Positions 36,618 to 47,299 of a stretch of 64,000 bases of DNA are shown here, piece by piece. The first letter of the stretch is position 1, and every line of letters begins with the position of its first letter. Source of the stretch: a virus; the IMG/VR virus record IMGVR_UViG_3300035685_000003, positions 9,421-73,420 of that record, one strand, 5' to 3'. The notes under the pieces are model-generated. The model was not told the origin of the DNA. It did not search any database and worked only from the letters and a program-made list of their open reading frames with translations. The translations under genes and the position numbers were made by a program.

Positions 36618-39032
36618 ATGCCAGTTAACAGTTCGGCAAGGCTTGCACAAATTTTCATTGGGGACAAAGACTTTTCTTCGTGCTTTATTTCCTTTCAGGG
36701 TTCCGACTCTCACATCGACCAGAGCGGATTAATCGGCTTCACTGGCTCCATCGTCCTGGGGCGGTCAATTGGTTTTGATGAATCCCTCGATGATCGCAAA
36801 AATCCAGCCCGTTTCTGTCGCGGCGTTCAAATTTTTATCAATATCGCCAATAGCTCTGGCGCATTACAAAGGCATCCTAGAGGAGCTTTGCGAATCTTAA
36901 ATGCAAAGTACGAGGAGGAAAAGCAGCAACTAAGTTTAGACGTTGGCGATTTGATAGCTCTCCTGAATTTCAAAGAGCCAACAGACCCGGACAAAGCTGA
37001 TAACAAATCTCTCCAAGGAAGCCCAGCCGGAGCAATCATTACCAAGCTGTTGCATCTGGCTGGGATTACAGCGATCGGCGGCAGCTTGCCTTTTACTAAC
37101 TACAATTACCCACTCAACCTTTCTGGTTCATACCTCGGCTCGGTTGGCAAACTATTGTACGCCAACAATATGGTTGGCTGGGTGGATAATCAAGAGGTTT
37201 TTCGTGTCCAACCTGTAACTATAGCTGCGGCTAATGCTGCGGTGGAATGCGTAATTGGGCGTGATGAAATCTGGTACAAGCGGCTTGATGGGGTAGAAGC
37301 AATCTGCGAAGTCGTCAAGGCTAGCGGATCAGAAATGATTGTCAGACCAACAGGCGAATTACTCATTGATACAGCCGAGGAATATGGTTCAGCGCAGTCT
37401 GTTGACAAAAACTACCCCAATATTATTATCGTCACTCAACGAACTAAAAGAACTCAAGAATGGAACAAAGCAAGTTACAGGCTAAGAAACAAAACCGAAA
37501 TTCACAAGCCTTACGGGATGGTAATTCCTGAGATTTTTTGGGGTCTAAATCCTCCCAAACTTACTGAAATTGCTGCCGAAGTAATTATCGAAGACTCTTA
37601 TTACGAAAGGAATCTAGAATCAAAGCTCAAATCAAAAGAAACTAGAATCTATTATCCTGGAGCAACTTTTTTAGCAAACTACAAAAAGGCAGTTCCGAGT
37701 GTGTTTTTTTCGGGAATAATCAATTTAAGTTTAGTTAAGCTGATAACCGAAACTTACGAGTATGATGCCAAAAATCGATTATCAAAAATTGCTACAAAAG
37801 TACTAGAAGTTAAGACCATAATCTTGGACGAAAGTGATGAAGACTGGTCTGCCTGGCTAGCAGCGCCTCTTGAATTAATTCCTTCTTTGCAATCAACTCA
37901 AGAGTGGAAGCAACTAAATAGAGATACTTGGCGGTACTCTAGCTTCACTTCCCAATCCATTGTTCGAGTTGATCCTGAATTGGTCAAATATCAGGCAGGC
38001 TCTAAAGTAATTAGCAACAAATGTGACTTAATTGCAGACTCGACCAAGAGCGTCACCCGCACTTCAAATTCTGGGCAAGAGTTACCACCAGCAACGGAAC
38101 ACCGACCAGCGGATTACAGCATCGAAGAAAACAGCATTGAGGAAAAAGCCTTATTTACAGACTTGTGCAACCTCAACTTCAAGCCCCGTGAGCGAACATT
38201 TAGCGTTGATTTTTTAGCAGGCAGAGTAGAGCGAGTATTGCAGCCTGGAGAAGTTACGTTTTACCAAATTACTGGAAGCGGGACAGCAGCTAGTAACCAA
38301 TTGCAAGCGATCGCAGGGCGGGAAGGACGGTTACTGCGCGGGCGAGCCAAAGGGCAAGAACTAGCGATGCCAATGAACGACGCTATTTTTGGCTATCGTC
38401 CTTTGTTTACTGTCCGGGCGATCGAGCAGGACGGAACAGTACAAAATTATCTGGCAGACGGTTGCAGCTGGGTTGTCTCCCAAACCAAAGCGCTTTGGAA
38501 CTGCGACGGCATTTGGGTTGGAACTTCGGCGCGAGTAGTACAGCCGACCCAGCAGCAAGGACAGCCACCCGTTGTTACTTACACTGAACCTGCACTACCT
38601 TACCTAGAGCCACAATCACTGTATTTCGGGCAGGGGCTAGGCTGCCAATTCAATTCTTACTCTTACCCCTTAGAGCCACAGACAGGCGCATTTGGGTCGG
38701 GCATGGGACATGGGATATTTTTCGATGGCGCACCCCAACTGGCTTTCGGCATTGGGCTTGGTTTGGCGTGGAATGTCCCATCGACTACCGGGCAAAGCAA
38801 TGCTACTTGGGATGATTTCATTTGGGATGATTGCGATTGGGACAATTTGGGGCGCAAAGCAGCGACTTGGGATGACTTCATCTGGGATGATTGCGATTGG
38901 GACAATTTGGGGCGCAAAGCATCCACTTGGGACGACTTCAACTGGGATGATTGCGATTGGGACGGGCTTGGGACAAGCAGCCAAACTTGGGATAACTTAG
39001 ATTGGAACTTCATCAATTGGGAAACTGTATAA
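36618..39032 (+). CDS. Putative tail tip/hub protein with Trp-Asp repeat tail
   Basis: 804 aa, beta-rich, within the tail cluster. Confidence 0.55.
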   Translation: MPVNSSARLAQIFIGDKDFSSCFISFQGSDSHIDQSGLIGFTGSIVLGRSIGFDESLDDRKNPARFCRGVQIFINIANSSGALQRHPRGALRILNAKYEEEKQQLSLDVGDLIALLNFKEPTDPDKADNKSLQGSPAGAIITKLLHLAGITAIGGSLPFTNYNYPLNLSGSYLGSVGKLLYANNMVGWVDNQEVFRVQPVTIAAANAAVECVIGRDEIWYKRLDGVEAICEVVKASGSEMIVRPTGELLIDTAEEYGSAQSVDKNYPNIIIVTQRTKRTQEWNKASYRLRNKTEIHKPYGMVIPEIFWGLNPPKLTEIAAEVIIEDSYYERNLESKLKSKETRIYYPGATFLANYKKAVPSVFFSGIINLSLVKLITETYEYDAKNRLSKIATKVLEVKTIILDESDEDWSAWLAAPLELIPSLQSTQEWKQLNRDTWRYSSFTSQSIVRVDPELVKYQAGSKVISNKCDLIADSTKSVTRTSNSGQELPPATEHRPADYSIEENSIEEKALFTDLCNLNFKPRERTFSVDFLAGRVERVLQPGEVTFYQITGSGTAASNQLQAIAGREGRLLRGRAKGQELAMPMNDAIFGYRPLFTVRAIEQDGTVQNYLADGCSWVVSQTKALWNCDGIWVGTSARVVQPTQQQGQPPVVTYTEPALPYLEPQSLYFGQGLGCQFNSYSYPLEPQTGAFGSGMGHGIFFDGAPQLAFGIGLGLAWNVPSTTGQSNATWDDFIWDDCDWDNLGRKAATWDDFIWDDCDWDNLGRKASTWDDFNWDDCDWDGLGTSSQTWDNLDWNFINWETV
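38802..39029 (+). repeat. 60-bp in-frame tandem repeat (three copies plus one degenerate)
   Basis: TWDDF(I/N)WDDCDWD(N/G)LG units at 38802, 38862, 38922, 38982. Confidence 0.92.
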
Positions 39033-39035
39033 CCA

Positions 39036-39722
39036 ATGCCAACTGGAACTCTAACCAATGACTGGATTACAAAATCTGCCAAAATCTTATTCCGTGGTAT
39101 CTCCCCTCCTAATCCCAATAAGTTCCGAGTGGGGCTGTGTAACACAGCAACTTTGACACGAGCTAGCACGATCGCTGAGTTCATTTCCGCCGAACTGTTA
39201 CCGATTAATGGCTACTCTAGAGTAGTCGCCAACTTTGCCGATGGCGCTTACGATACAACAGACCAGCGGCATGAACTACCAATCATCTCTGCTAGCTTTG
39301 CCGCAACTGGTGGCAGTTTGCAGTTTCAATCTATTTTCTTAATCGCTGATGCTTCTACCTTGGCATCCAAGGCATTCACCAATGCCGAGGTAAACCCGAC
39401 CAGCGATCGCATCACTATCCCGAATCATTCCCTAGTAAACGGTGATCAACTCGTCTTCACCGCCGACTCATTAGGCAGCCTCCCCGGTGGTATTGCTGCC
39501 AATACTCTCTATACAGTGACTTCAGCTTCTACTAACGATTTTCTACTGCAAGGCATAGATATTACAGATACAGGAAGCGGCACGTTTAGAGCGAGAAATG
39601 CCAACGGGTCAATCGTGGCATTTGGTATAGAACCTAATCCAATTACGTTAGCCGATGGGCAGCCCTACATCTATCAAATTCCGCTCGTAGTATTAAATGC
39701 AGGTTATGTGAATGGAAGCTGA
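39036..39722 (+). CDS. Putative tail protein
   Basis: GYSR...F.ATGG fibre N-terminal-like domain with inserted HSLVNGD beta domain. Confidence 0.55.
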   Translation: MPTGTLTNDWITKSAKILFRGISPPNPNKFRVGLCNTATLTRASTIAEFISAELLPINGYSRVVANFADGAYDTTDQRHELPIISASFAATGGSLQFQSIFLIADASTLASKAFTNAEVNPTSDRITIPNHSLVNGDQLVFTADSLGSLPGGIAANTLYTVTSASTNDFLLQGIDITDTGSGTFRARNANGSIVAFGIEPNPITLADGQPYIYQIPLVVLNAGYVNGS

Positions 39723-41235
39723 AGAAACACTAAAGCAACAATCCCAGCTTAACCGCCACCTTTACTTTTCAAAAGCCGTGGATTCCCCAGACCAAAAGAC
39801 TACCTCAATTGTTGAATCTTACGATCCTGTGACTGGGCTAACACGAATTCGTAATACCAATGGCGTTAACTATAGCAGCCCAATTACCAACGGTACTATC
39901 GGCACTGGGGACACGGTTCTTGCTCGGCAGGGGGCAATCCCAACTCATGATTCAATGCCTTATTTGACAAAAAAGCAGCCGACTACTAAGCAGATAAAAG
40001 AGTATTTTTCTCCCGCTTTTCTATTTGTGATCCATCGTAATTTTTGGTTTCGTGGTTCAGTATCGATCGTAGGTATTCAATCAATATTTATTGACAATAA
40101 ACAATTCCAAAATGTTAGGGACTACACACCTGAGAAGCTAACCATAGAAGATACTTTTAGCAATACAATCATTCATGCCAATAGAGTTTCAGGTGTTCTT
40201 TTTAGTTATGTCAGCTATGTTCTCCATGACCCAGAATTTCAAAATACTGCTTACTTCCCTGCGCCAGTATCTTTTGAGTGTACGGAAGCAACAAAAATCA
40301 AAGTTAGCGTTCAACTAAATGTTCAGTCTCAAGGACAAACTCTTAGCCAATTTGTAGCGATCGGAGTTGATCGATTCCCCCAATCCCGCCGCATTGAAAT
40401 CCCGTATACATACGATTCTTATGAAATCCTAGACCAAATTACTTGCGATGCAAGTGGAACTTCTAGTGTCACTTACGAAACAACTGTTGGGGCTGGCAAG
40501 CATTTTGTTATGTGCAGTGGCGCTTACTATTACGATTACGGAAATAGTGAAGGTTTCCGCACTGAGCAGGTTAGTGGATTTTGTAATATTACAGTAGAGG
40601 GCGCATTCAACAAACAGACTTTTTATATTCAGAATAACGCAGGTAAGGCTTTAAAAATGTTAGAGACAGAAGCCGAAAGATATGATCCCTTTTTTAGTTT
40701 TTATTTGACAAATACAAAAGATAAAATTTTCGCTCATATCCGCCGGAATAGCAGCCTTAACGGGGATCGATGGTTGGAAGTTAGCCGAGGCATTGTAACA
40801 GGTGACGAAGTGCAAACCCAGACTTTTTTAGAGCCAGAGCCTATCCCCGTTCTGGAGGAAGATTGGCAAAATTCGTGGACATCTAGCTATCAACGCAGAC
40901 CTTTCCCCTACAGTGGGGATTTATGTCGAGATTCTGCCGATGATAGACGTTCAAATTTTTGGAGAAATAATCTTTACTACTTTGATTTTTTCCAAAGTAT
41001 TAAGTACGGCGAAGGAGAGAATGATTACGCGGATTTAGACTTCCTTTTGAAAAGTTCAGATACAAGCGCCGAAGTTTCTGTTTCTGCTTACACCCCTAGC
41101 GTCGAAGAGAACAAGTGCAATACAAGCCCTCTACGCAAAAAAACAATATTAGTAAAAAAGCTAGACTTGCCTCTTGGAACAGTCCCAACCAGAGTCCTGC
41201 TTTTAGCAGCTAGTTTAATATCGGAGAAAAAATGA
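39712..41235 (+). CDS. Putative tail/receptor-binding protein
   Basis: N-terminal YD..TG...ITNG.IG.GD.V domain shared with 41232-41516; variable-looking C-terminal region. Confidence 0.5.
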   Translation: MEAEETLKQQSQLNRHLYFSKAVDSPDQKTTSIVESYDPVTGLTRIRNTNGVNYSSPITNGTIGTGDTVLARQGAIPTHDSMPYLTKKQPTTKQIKEYFSPAFLFVIHRNFWFRGSVSIVGIQSIFIDNKQFQNVRDYTPEKLTIEDTFSNTIIHANRVSGVLFSYVSYVLHDPEFQNTAYFPAPVSFECTEATKIKVSVQLNVQSQGQTLSQFVAIGVDRFPQSRRIEIPYTYDSYEILDQITCDASGTSSVTYETTVGAGKHFVMCSGAYYYDYGNSEGFRTEQVSGFCNITVEGAFNKQTFYIQNNAGKALKMLETEAERYDPFFSFYLTNTKDKIFAHIRRNSSLNGDRWLEVSRGIVTGDEVQTQTFLEPEPIPVLEEDWQNSWTSSYQRRPFPYSGDLCRDSADDRRSNFWRNNLYYFDFFQSIKYGEGENDYADLDFLLKSSDTSAEVSVSAYTPSVEENKCNTSPLRKKTILVKKLDLPLGTVPTRVLLLAASLISEKK

Positions 41236-41516
41236 ACGAAATTCAAATGCTGGCGATCGCATCTGCTGTTAATCGTGGCGCTTATCGAACGTTACAAGTT
41301 GAGCGCCAAAAAGTAATCAATAGCATCCAAGAATCAAATGCCACAATCCTTGGCTACGACTCGGTTATAGGGCAATACAAAATCAAAAAGCCCAACGGGG
41401 ATATAAACTCTACCATTGCAATTTCAAACTCTGGAGCTTTAGCCAAAGGCTCTCAGGTCAGCTTGACAACTCCCGCCGGAGGGACGCCAATCATCGATAC
41501 CATGCCGCGAGGATAA
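41232..41516 (+). CDS. Small tail-associated protein
   Basis: Homologous to the N-terminus of 39712-41235 (NR..Y, YD, ISN.G, D.MP). Confidence 0.55.
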   Translation: MNEIQMLAIASAVNRGAYRTLQVERQKVINSIQESNATILGYDSVIGQYKIKKPNGDINSTIAISNSGALAKGSQVSLTTPAGGTPIIDTMPRG

Positions 41517-41519
41517 CCA

Positions 41520-42137
41520 ATGCCACCAACCGCAACCTATTTCATTGCAAGCAAGGCTGCAATTAAAGCCCTAACTAGCGACAAGCGCACCGATGGCTAT
41601 TCACGGGCTGTCGCATCTGCTACAGACCCTGATTGGTATATGTTCTTGTCAGCTAGTACAGCAAATGCCGACGACGATTTGGTGCTGATGCCTGATGATA
41701 ACCCAACCACGGGACGCTGGCACAAGTACGCTGGCAAACGTGGGGGTACAAGCTTTGGCGGAGGAATTATTTGTACTGACAACTGCACTATTGTCGGCGG
41801 TGGTAGTGGCAAAGCCTTTGGGTTCTATGCAGCAATAACAGTAGAACTGATTATCCAGCCCAGTTTTGATATAAGTATCCAAACCAACAATGACGCAATC
41901 CGCGTCTACAGATGGTCGCAGATGCCAAACACTGCACGAACTGGGCAGGAGTCAACGCCTTTAATTCAATTACCAGGAACTGGTGGGAAGGCTACAGTCG
42001 TTGCCAATTCTACTTACCGTTGGATATCGGTGTACGCTCGAAATCCAGCCAAGACCATGCGGAATGGACTAAACGACCTGGACGGGACTTGTTTTACCGT
42101 TTCAGGCAACCTCGTTACCCTACTGGGGTACTCCTGA
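41520..42137 (+). CDS. Putative tail-associated protein
   Basis: Y....S.A.DDD.V..P....GRW motif typical of tail-spike head domains. Confidence 0.5.
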   Translation: MPPTATYFIASKAAIKALTSDKRTDGYSRAVASATDPDWYMFLSASTANADDDLVLMPDDNPTTGRWHKYAGKRGGTSFGGGIICTDNCTIVGGGSGKAFGFYAAITVELIIQPSFDISIQTNNDAIRVYRWSQMPNTARTGQESTPLIQLPGTGGKATVVANSTYRWISVYARNPAKTMRNGLNDLDGTCFTVSGNLVTLLGYS

Positions 42138-42964
42138 TGAACGTAGTAATTGGAACTATTTGCAAAAGCTTGGTGGCGTTAATAGTCATCCCGCTCACAC
42201 TAATCTTTGCGCCGATCGCCAAGTACAATTTCAATCGCAAAAATAGTACATCGAGCGCAAAAAGTATAAATCTGGACAAGGCGATCGCTTGGGTGCTAGC
42301 CAGAATTATTACCCTACTCCCCAACTATCTTACCCTCCTAAAAAAGCTAGAAATTGGGGTATTTTTCTTCTGCTGGCGATCGCACCGCGAAGCGAGAAAC
42401 CTTCCAGCGAACTATAGCAATCTCGCGGAAAAGCTAAAAGAGCAAGCAGTATCAGAATATGCTCACGCTCAGGTATTCTGTCAGCTTACTGGCAGCACAC
42501 TATGTATGTCCGGCGCTGGCTTGATGAGTCGTGAGGAGAAAGCAGCCTTTGATTGGGGCTGTGTTAACTGGGATTCTAGCGGTGAATCGTATCAAGCGGA
42601 CGGGATGAGCGTGAGATACCTATCTGCCAAGGTTTTCTTTGCCTTTCGCACCGCTAATTCTTACGATTGGTGCGATCGCTTGGCATTCATGTATGTCTTA
42701 GAGGAATTCCAATGGTTGTTCTATAAACAGTTGATCAAGTTCGTCCCAGATGAAGTGCGATTGAAACTTGATCAAATTGTTCTTGACGAACTAACTCATG
42801 CTGCCGAGCTTCACGGATCGCTGCACCTTATCACTAATGCAGAGCGCCAAGAATGGTTGATATTTTTGTGGCAAGCTCGGAAATATTTAGCCCTGGCTTG
42901 CCTCCCAATCGATACAGTACTTTACCTTTTCTCTAGATTAAAAATCCTTCCCAATACGAGATAG
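42137..42964 (+). CDS. Ferritin-like di-iron four-helix-bundle protein
   Basis: E...EYAH and EE...DELTH ligand pattern; TGATG overlap puts the start at 42137. Confidence 0.65.
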   Translation: MNVVIGTICKSLVALIVIPLTLIFAPIAKYNFNRKNSTSSAKSINLDKAIAWVLARIITLLPNYLTLLKKLEIGVFFFCWRSHREARNLPANYSNLAEKLKEQAVSEYAHAQVFCQLTGSTLCMSGAGLMSREEKAAFDWGCVNWDSSGESYQADGMSVRYLSAKVFFAFRTANSYDWCDRLAFMYVLEEFQWLFYKQLIKFVPDEVRLKLDQIVLDELTHAAELHGSLHLITNAERQEWLIFLWQARKYLALACLPIDTVLYLFSRLKILPNTR

Positions 42965-43201
42965 AAAATCTATGCACTCTTGTTGGAGTGCAGAAATTAC
43001 TACCGCTCCATCTTCTTCACTGATGCCTTCTGGCATATCAGTAAATAAGTCAAACATGGCGGCTGCCCTTGCGTAATAAGCCCGCCGCATTTCTTTCTTC
43101 TGAATAGCTGGCGTGTTTTTCGGGATAGCTTGATTTTCAAAAATTAGCCATTTGCTTTTTAATCTTTCCCTTGAACCGCCATTGCTATTAGATTTCACCA
43201 T
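42938..43201 (-). CDS. Small hypothetical phage protein
   Basis: EMRRAYYA motif; GGAG SD. Confidence 0.55.
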   Translation of the reverse strand: MVKSNSNGGSRERLKSKWLIFENQAIPKNTPAIQKKEMRRAYYARAAAMFDLFTDMPEGISEEDGAVVISALQQECIDFLSRIGKDF

Positions 43202-43220
43202 TTAGTTTCTCCAGTAAACA

Positions 43221-43745
43221 TCAGGCTGATGCCCTCTTTGTCTTTGATAAATCCCAGGTATAGTATCCTGGTGTTTTTGCTCGATAAAACCTGCCTTCTT
43301 TAACCCCTCGACTTAGCTCCCGACTGAGCAAATTCTTTAAGTCAGATTGAGTTCTGTTAGAGCGATGCTGCGAGAAGATTTCTAAGAATATGTCATGCAC
43401 ACTTAGTAATTTCCCCTCTTTACTTTTGATAAAAATTGTTGCTGCTCCAAGCACACTCATCCCTTTGTAACTATCGCTCAAAGGAGGGCCATTATTTCTT
43501 TTGCTTCTACTTCTTCCTCCATTAATTTTTGTACGGACTACGAGTTCTGGTTTTGGCACTAGTTCCAATGCCTTTATTGGCGGCTGACATCCCAGTAAAA
43601 GTGCCTCGGCGTGGGCAATTTGTTCTTCTATCAAGCCATTTTCAGACTGAATTTTTGCGATCGCGGCAAGATTTCTTTCTAAAATTTGCTGATAGTAATC
43701 TTTAAGGTTGTAGACTGCTTCGTGCAATCTTCCAAGGTTTTCCAT
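43221..43745 (-). CDS. Coiled coil plus winged-helix-like protein
   Basis: N-terminal coiled coil; LSRELSRG...RF...GYY. Confidence 0.55.
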   Translation of the reverse strand: MENLGRLHEAVYNLKDYYQQILERNLAAIAKIQSENGLIEEQIAHAEALLLGCQPPIKALELVPKPELVVRTKINGGRSRSKRNNGPPLSDSYKGMSVLGAATIFIKSKEGKLLSVHDIFLEIFSQHRSNRTQSDLKNLLSRELSRGVKEGRFYRAKTPGYYTWDLSKTKRASA

Positions 43746-43757
43746 AACAAGCACGAA

Positions 43758-43997
43758 TTATCTGTATCGCCTTTTCGGAACTTTGCTCTTTTGGGGAGGG
43801 CTACATTGCTCACAATAAATTGGCCGTACTCCAAATGTTTCGCGGGTCGTAGCCGTGCTACATTTCCGACAAATGAAATTAAAAACTCTACTATGAATGA
43901 TGCGGGAATGAGCGCGAACCGTGTACTCACGAACTTGTACTTTTTTCGTAGTAGTGGTAACGATGCTGGTAGGTAACTCTTTTTGCAATGTTGGCAT
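43758..43997 (-). CDS. Small zinc-ribbon protein
   Basis: CRKC...YCEQC. Confidence 0.6.
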   Translation of the reverse strand: MPTLQKELPTSIVTTTTKKVQVREYTVRAHSRIIHSRVFNFICRKCSTATTRETFGVRPIYCEQCSPPQKSKVPKRRYR

Positions 43998-44019
43998 GAT
44001 TATTTGTTTTATGAAAATT

Positions 44020-44223
44020 TTACCTGTTCACTTCCCAGTAAAAATAGTCTCCAAGGACACCTTTTAATCGGCGTTTCATATAAGTTTTGGTTAGCAAATT
44101 AATAATTTTATACTCCCTTCCGATATTTAATTTAAAATTTAGCTCAATGGCTACGGCTTTACCAGCAATGATTTGCATATAAATATCTGAGCCAACTTCA
44201 ATGGTATTTATTTCGTTAGTCAT
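44020..44223 (-). CDS. Small hypothetical protein
   Basis: Short ORF in the minus-strand run. Confidence 0.4.
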   Translation of the reverse strand: MTNEINTIEVGSDIYMQIIAGKAVAIELNFKLNIGREYKIINLLTKTYMKRRLKGVLGDYFYWEVNR

Positions 44224-44292
44224 AGCTCGGTTCAGAATTCTAAATAATAAAATCAATAGCGTTCTTGACAAGACATCAAGAACGCTATCAAA

Positions 44293-46797
44293 TCAATTAG
44301 CAATTTCGAGAGATTCTGAATGGCGCTTATTTTTGATGTTTATAACTGCCGATACTATTGCATCCAGATGCTCATCCGACAAAGGATTGGTTTTATCATC
44401 TGCGGCCCAGTTTAGAACCCAAGCTAGCTCTTTTGGAGAAAGGTGACGAATCCCTAGAGCAATTTCTTTTGCTACACTCATTGGGTCTGAATACGATCGC
44501 AATGGCATGGTAACAACATTGCTGGGATGCGTAGTCAAAATCCCTTCATCTTCATTTTGAGTTGTGTCTGGGCTAGAGGCAATAGGACAATAAGCAACAA
44601 AACCTTCCTTGCCATCATTCAAAAGTGTTCTCGGATCTCCTTCATTTCGGTCTTTCTCTGGCAGCAATCCCCCACCTGGCTGCTCTTTTAGCCCAGATGC
44701 TCTTTCAGGGTTCTTTTGTACAGCCTCAGCTTTTTTCTTCGCGGTGTGGGTAGTAACGTCAACAGGCAACAGCATATTTAGGTAAATGATGTCTTGTTCC
44801 ATCCCTTCTGATATCTGATCAAATTTGACGACTAAAGCAGTCCTTCCATCGCTTGTAATAGTACCACTCACGCCAGCGTGGTGTTCGGCTTTTAGAGAAA
44901 CTGTTACGTGATCGCCAATATTGGGACGCCACTTTATGGTTTCTTCGTTGGCACAAACCAACTGATAGGCTGCATGGATCGATTTGTTGTTTAGAAGATG
45001 CCGCAAACCATCATGTGCTACAGTGTCCACTGCTTTCAATTCTTCAATCGCTGAAAGCACTTTCTCAGCTTTCTGAAGATTTTTCCCGCTCCCTAACCCA
45101 ACACGGGCCGCGACGATATCGCGTACTTGTCCTTTGTCACCGCAAGGATTATTTTCCTGGTCTGATCGCCCTTTCCTCAATTTGGCTTTTTCGGTTTCAA
45201 TCGGCAACCAGCACCTAGCCTCTTTGACCTTCTGCTCAACTGTTTTTTCTCGGACGGCATTATCCAAAAGCAAGGCTTCCAACACAGCCTCATCATTGGC
45301 AAACTCCCGAACCTCTGCCAGGACTTTTTCTCTTTGCTGCTTTACGGCTATTCGGAGGCGGCGATTACCCCCAACTACCTCACCCTCTGGTGTTACCAAT
45401 AGAGTCTTTATCCAATTACTGCTTTGGATCATCTCGTCTAGTGTCGTATCGTCTTCGACTTCCCCGTAGATTGAGGAGTTGATCGGGTGCGATCGCAACT
45501 GCGAAACCAACACTTCTTGAACTCCTAGCGGTAATAATGTCCGGGGTTTATCAACAGACGTTTCCTCCGACTGTTCAACTTCGTTAGTTTCCAACGGCGA
45601 GGCGGGAACATTTTCTACCTGGGCGTTCTGAATGTTCGCTAAATATTCAAGTAAGGGTGGTAGTGTTTCTAGCCCAAAGCCATTCTCGATGGTGGTGGCT
45701 CCGTCATCCCACAACACCTGCGCTTGTACCTGTATCCCGCGAGAGCCAATCTCCTCCGTTGTGTATCCTTGCACGAAGCCAAGACATGATTCTCCCCGAT
45801 CTTGAATCCCGGTAACGCGATCGCCAGGACTTGGGCATAAAGCAAGCGCAGATTCAACTGAAGTACACATTGGGGTGATTGACCATCCATCGGCAAGTGC
45901 AAGCACCAAGCCCTTGGATAGGGCAAATTTCTCTGCATCTGCAATCAAGCATTCGGCAATCTCCAGTTCTTCAGTAGTGGCAGCTGCCACAATTATCCGC
46001 AAAAGCTTGTCAACAGCCACCGCGTCAACCTTCTTTGCAGCTATTGGTGGTTGTATTCTTATTTTTAATTCCCGCAAGTATTCCCAAGGTGGGAGAGAGT
46101 TTGTGGGATTATCGAGTTTTCGGATGTGTTTTTCCAGGGCTTCAATTCTGCCTTTATCACCTCCAGTCATATACTGTTTGACCCAATTTAGAGCGCATAT
46201 TGCTGTACCCAAGCTTGACCTAGCTATTGCCGCTCTAGTGTTAATCCAATTCTTGGCTTCAGTGTCAGCCTGGGCAAATCCTACAATCCAGTCAAAGTCC
46301 CATCGGTCAAAATCTTCAGTTTGAACTAGCTCCCAGTGAGTCGGAGAAACTACCTCATTATTGGAAACTCCTATCCAGCCGCGAGCTTGAAGAGATTGTA
46401 TTTTCTCAAGGCGATAGCCAATAACTTTGCCGTTCTCTCTGCTGGCAACCCGAACAATATCGCCAGCTTTGATGGTTCCCGAATTAGACATTTCATCAAA
46501 TTCCAATAATCGCGGTTGTTCAGGAACTGGTACAGATTCGTCCCACGATACAAAAACCGTTGGCTGATGTCCTGGCGTTTTTTCAGTTATTTTCCCAAGC
46601 CCTGTACCTCCCTTTTTGGCAACATAATGCCCAACCTTAAGTTTGTCAAATGCAATCAAATTCTCTATCTGCATATACACAGTATTAAGCTGCTCTCGCA
46701 ATACTTTTTTCTCCTGAGCAGTGGGGTTAGCCTTTGGACTCAAGAGATTCTTTAATTCACTTTCTCTGCTTTGTAAGGTTGCTAAATCAGAAGCCAT
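44293..46797 (-). CDS. Large multidomain protein with a ParB/Srx domain and KOW/SH3-like repeats
   Basis: LRSHPIN..IYG...LLVT..GEVVGGNRR...N..REK; repeated G(D/H)xV units. Confidence 0.7.
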   Translation of the reverse strand: MASDLATLQSRESELKNLLSPKANPTAQEKKVLREQLNTVYMQIENLIAFDKLKVGHYVAKKGGTGLGKITEKTPGHQPTVFVSWDESVPVPEQPRLLEFDEMSNSGTIKAGDIVRVASRENGKVIGYRLEKIQSLQARGWIGVSNNEVVSPTHWELVQTEDFDRWDFDWIVGFAQADTEAKNWINTRAAIARSSLGTAICALNWVKQYMTGGDKGRIEALEKHIRKLDNPTNSLPPWEYLRELKIRIQPPIAAKKVDAVAVDKLLRIIVAAATTEELEIAECLIADAEKFALSKGLVLALADGWSITPMCTSVESALALCPSPGDRVTGIQDRGESCLGFVQGYTTEEIGSRGIQVQAQVLWDDGATTIENGFGLETLPPLLEYLANIQNAQVENVPASPLETNEVEQSEETSVDKPRTLLPLGVQEVLVSQLRSHPINSSIYGEVEDDTTLDEMIQSSNWIKTLLVTPEGEVVGGNRRLRIAVKQQREKVLAEVREFANDEAVLEALLLDNAVREKTVEQKVKEARCWLPIETEKAKLRKGRSDQENNPCGDKGQVRDIVAARVGLGSGKNLQKAEKVLSAIEELKAVDTVAHDGLRHLLNNKSIHAAYQLVCANEETIKWRPNIGDHVTVSLKAEHHAGVSGTITSDGRTALVVKFDQISEGMEQDIIYLNMLLPVDVTTHTAKKKAEAVQKNPERASGLKEQPGGGLLPEKDRNEGDPRTLLNDGKEGFVAYCPIASSPDTTQNEDEGILTTHPSNVVTMPLRSYSDPMSVAKEIALGIRHLSPKELAWVLNWAADDKTNPLSDEHLDAIVSAVINIKNKRHSESLEIAN

Positions 46798-47219
46798 TTT
46801 AATCCCCTTATTTTTTGTAGTTGAAACTTGCTATTAACTACTCATCAAACAGCTTGATGCTGTTATTTAATGGTTGCTATTTGCATTGTCTTATTAGGAA
46901 CATTGCACTGTAGAACAGGATGCTATATACGCGACTACTCAAAAAACGCGGAGTCTCGAAAGCGTTGTAAAGGCTAGGTTTAAGAAAAGATTTTGCTGCT
47001 CTTGAGGTAATAAAAAATGCATTGCAAAAATACTTATCTGTTTCTTTTATTACCAAGCAAAAATGGGGATATCTATCTAAGTAATTCTGTGTCATAATAA
47101 AAAACGAAACAAAAAAAAGGGGTGTTTATTACAAACACTTGTGATGAATATTTCCTTTAAGCTGTTGCATTGATGCGCTATTTAGTCTTGGCGGATGAGA
47201 TAGCGCAGCTTAGATTTTA

Positions 47220-47254
47220 TAAAAAATAGTCTGTTTCTAGCAGGCTATTTTTTA
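47220..47254. terminator. Bidirectional terminator-like hairpin
   Basis: TAAAAAATAGTCTG-TTTCTAG-CAGGCTATTTTTTA. Confidence 0.65.
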
Positions 47255-47299
47255 TGTGCAAATATTTCTTTGTCAAATGAAAATGATGAACTCTGTAAA

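Noticed and set aside
38802..39029. CRISPR array or DGR template
   Set aside because: Repeats are contiguous, in frame and spacer-less; no cas or reverse transcriptase gene in the window
41912..42136. N-terminal extension of the ferritin-like ORF
   Set aside because: Overlaps the upstream gene; TGATG coupling at 42137 is the more plausible start
46877..47095. 72-aa ORF in the AT-rich gap
   Set aside because: No SD or recognisable motif; more likely regulatory DNA
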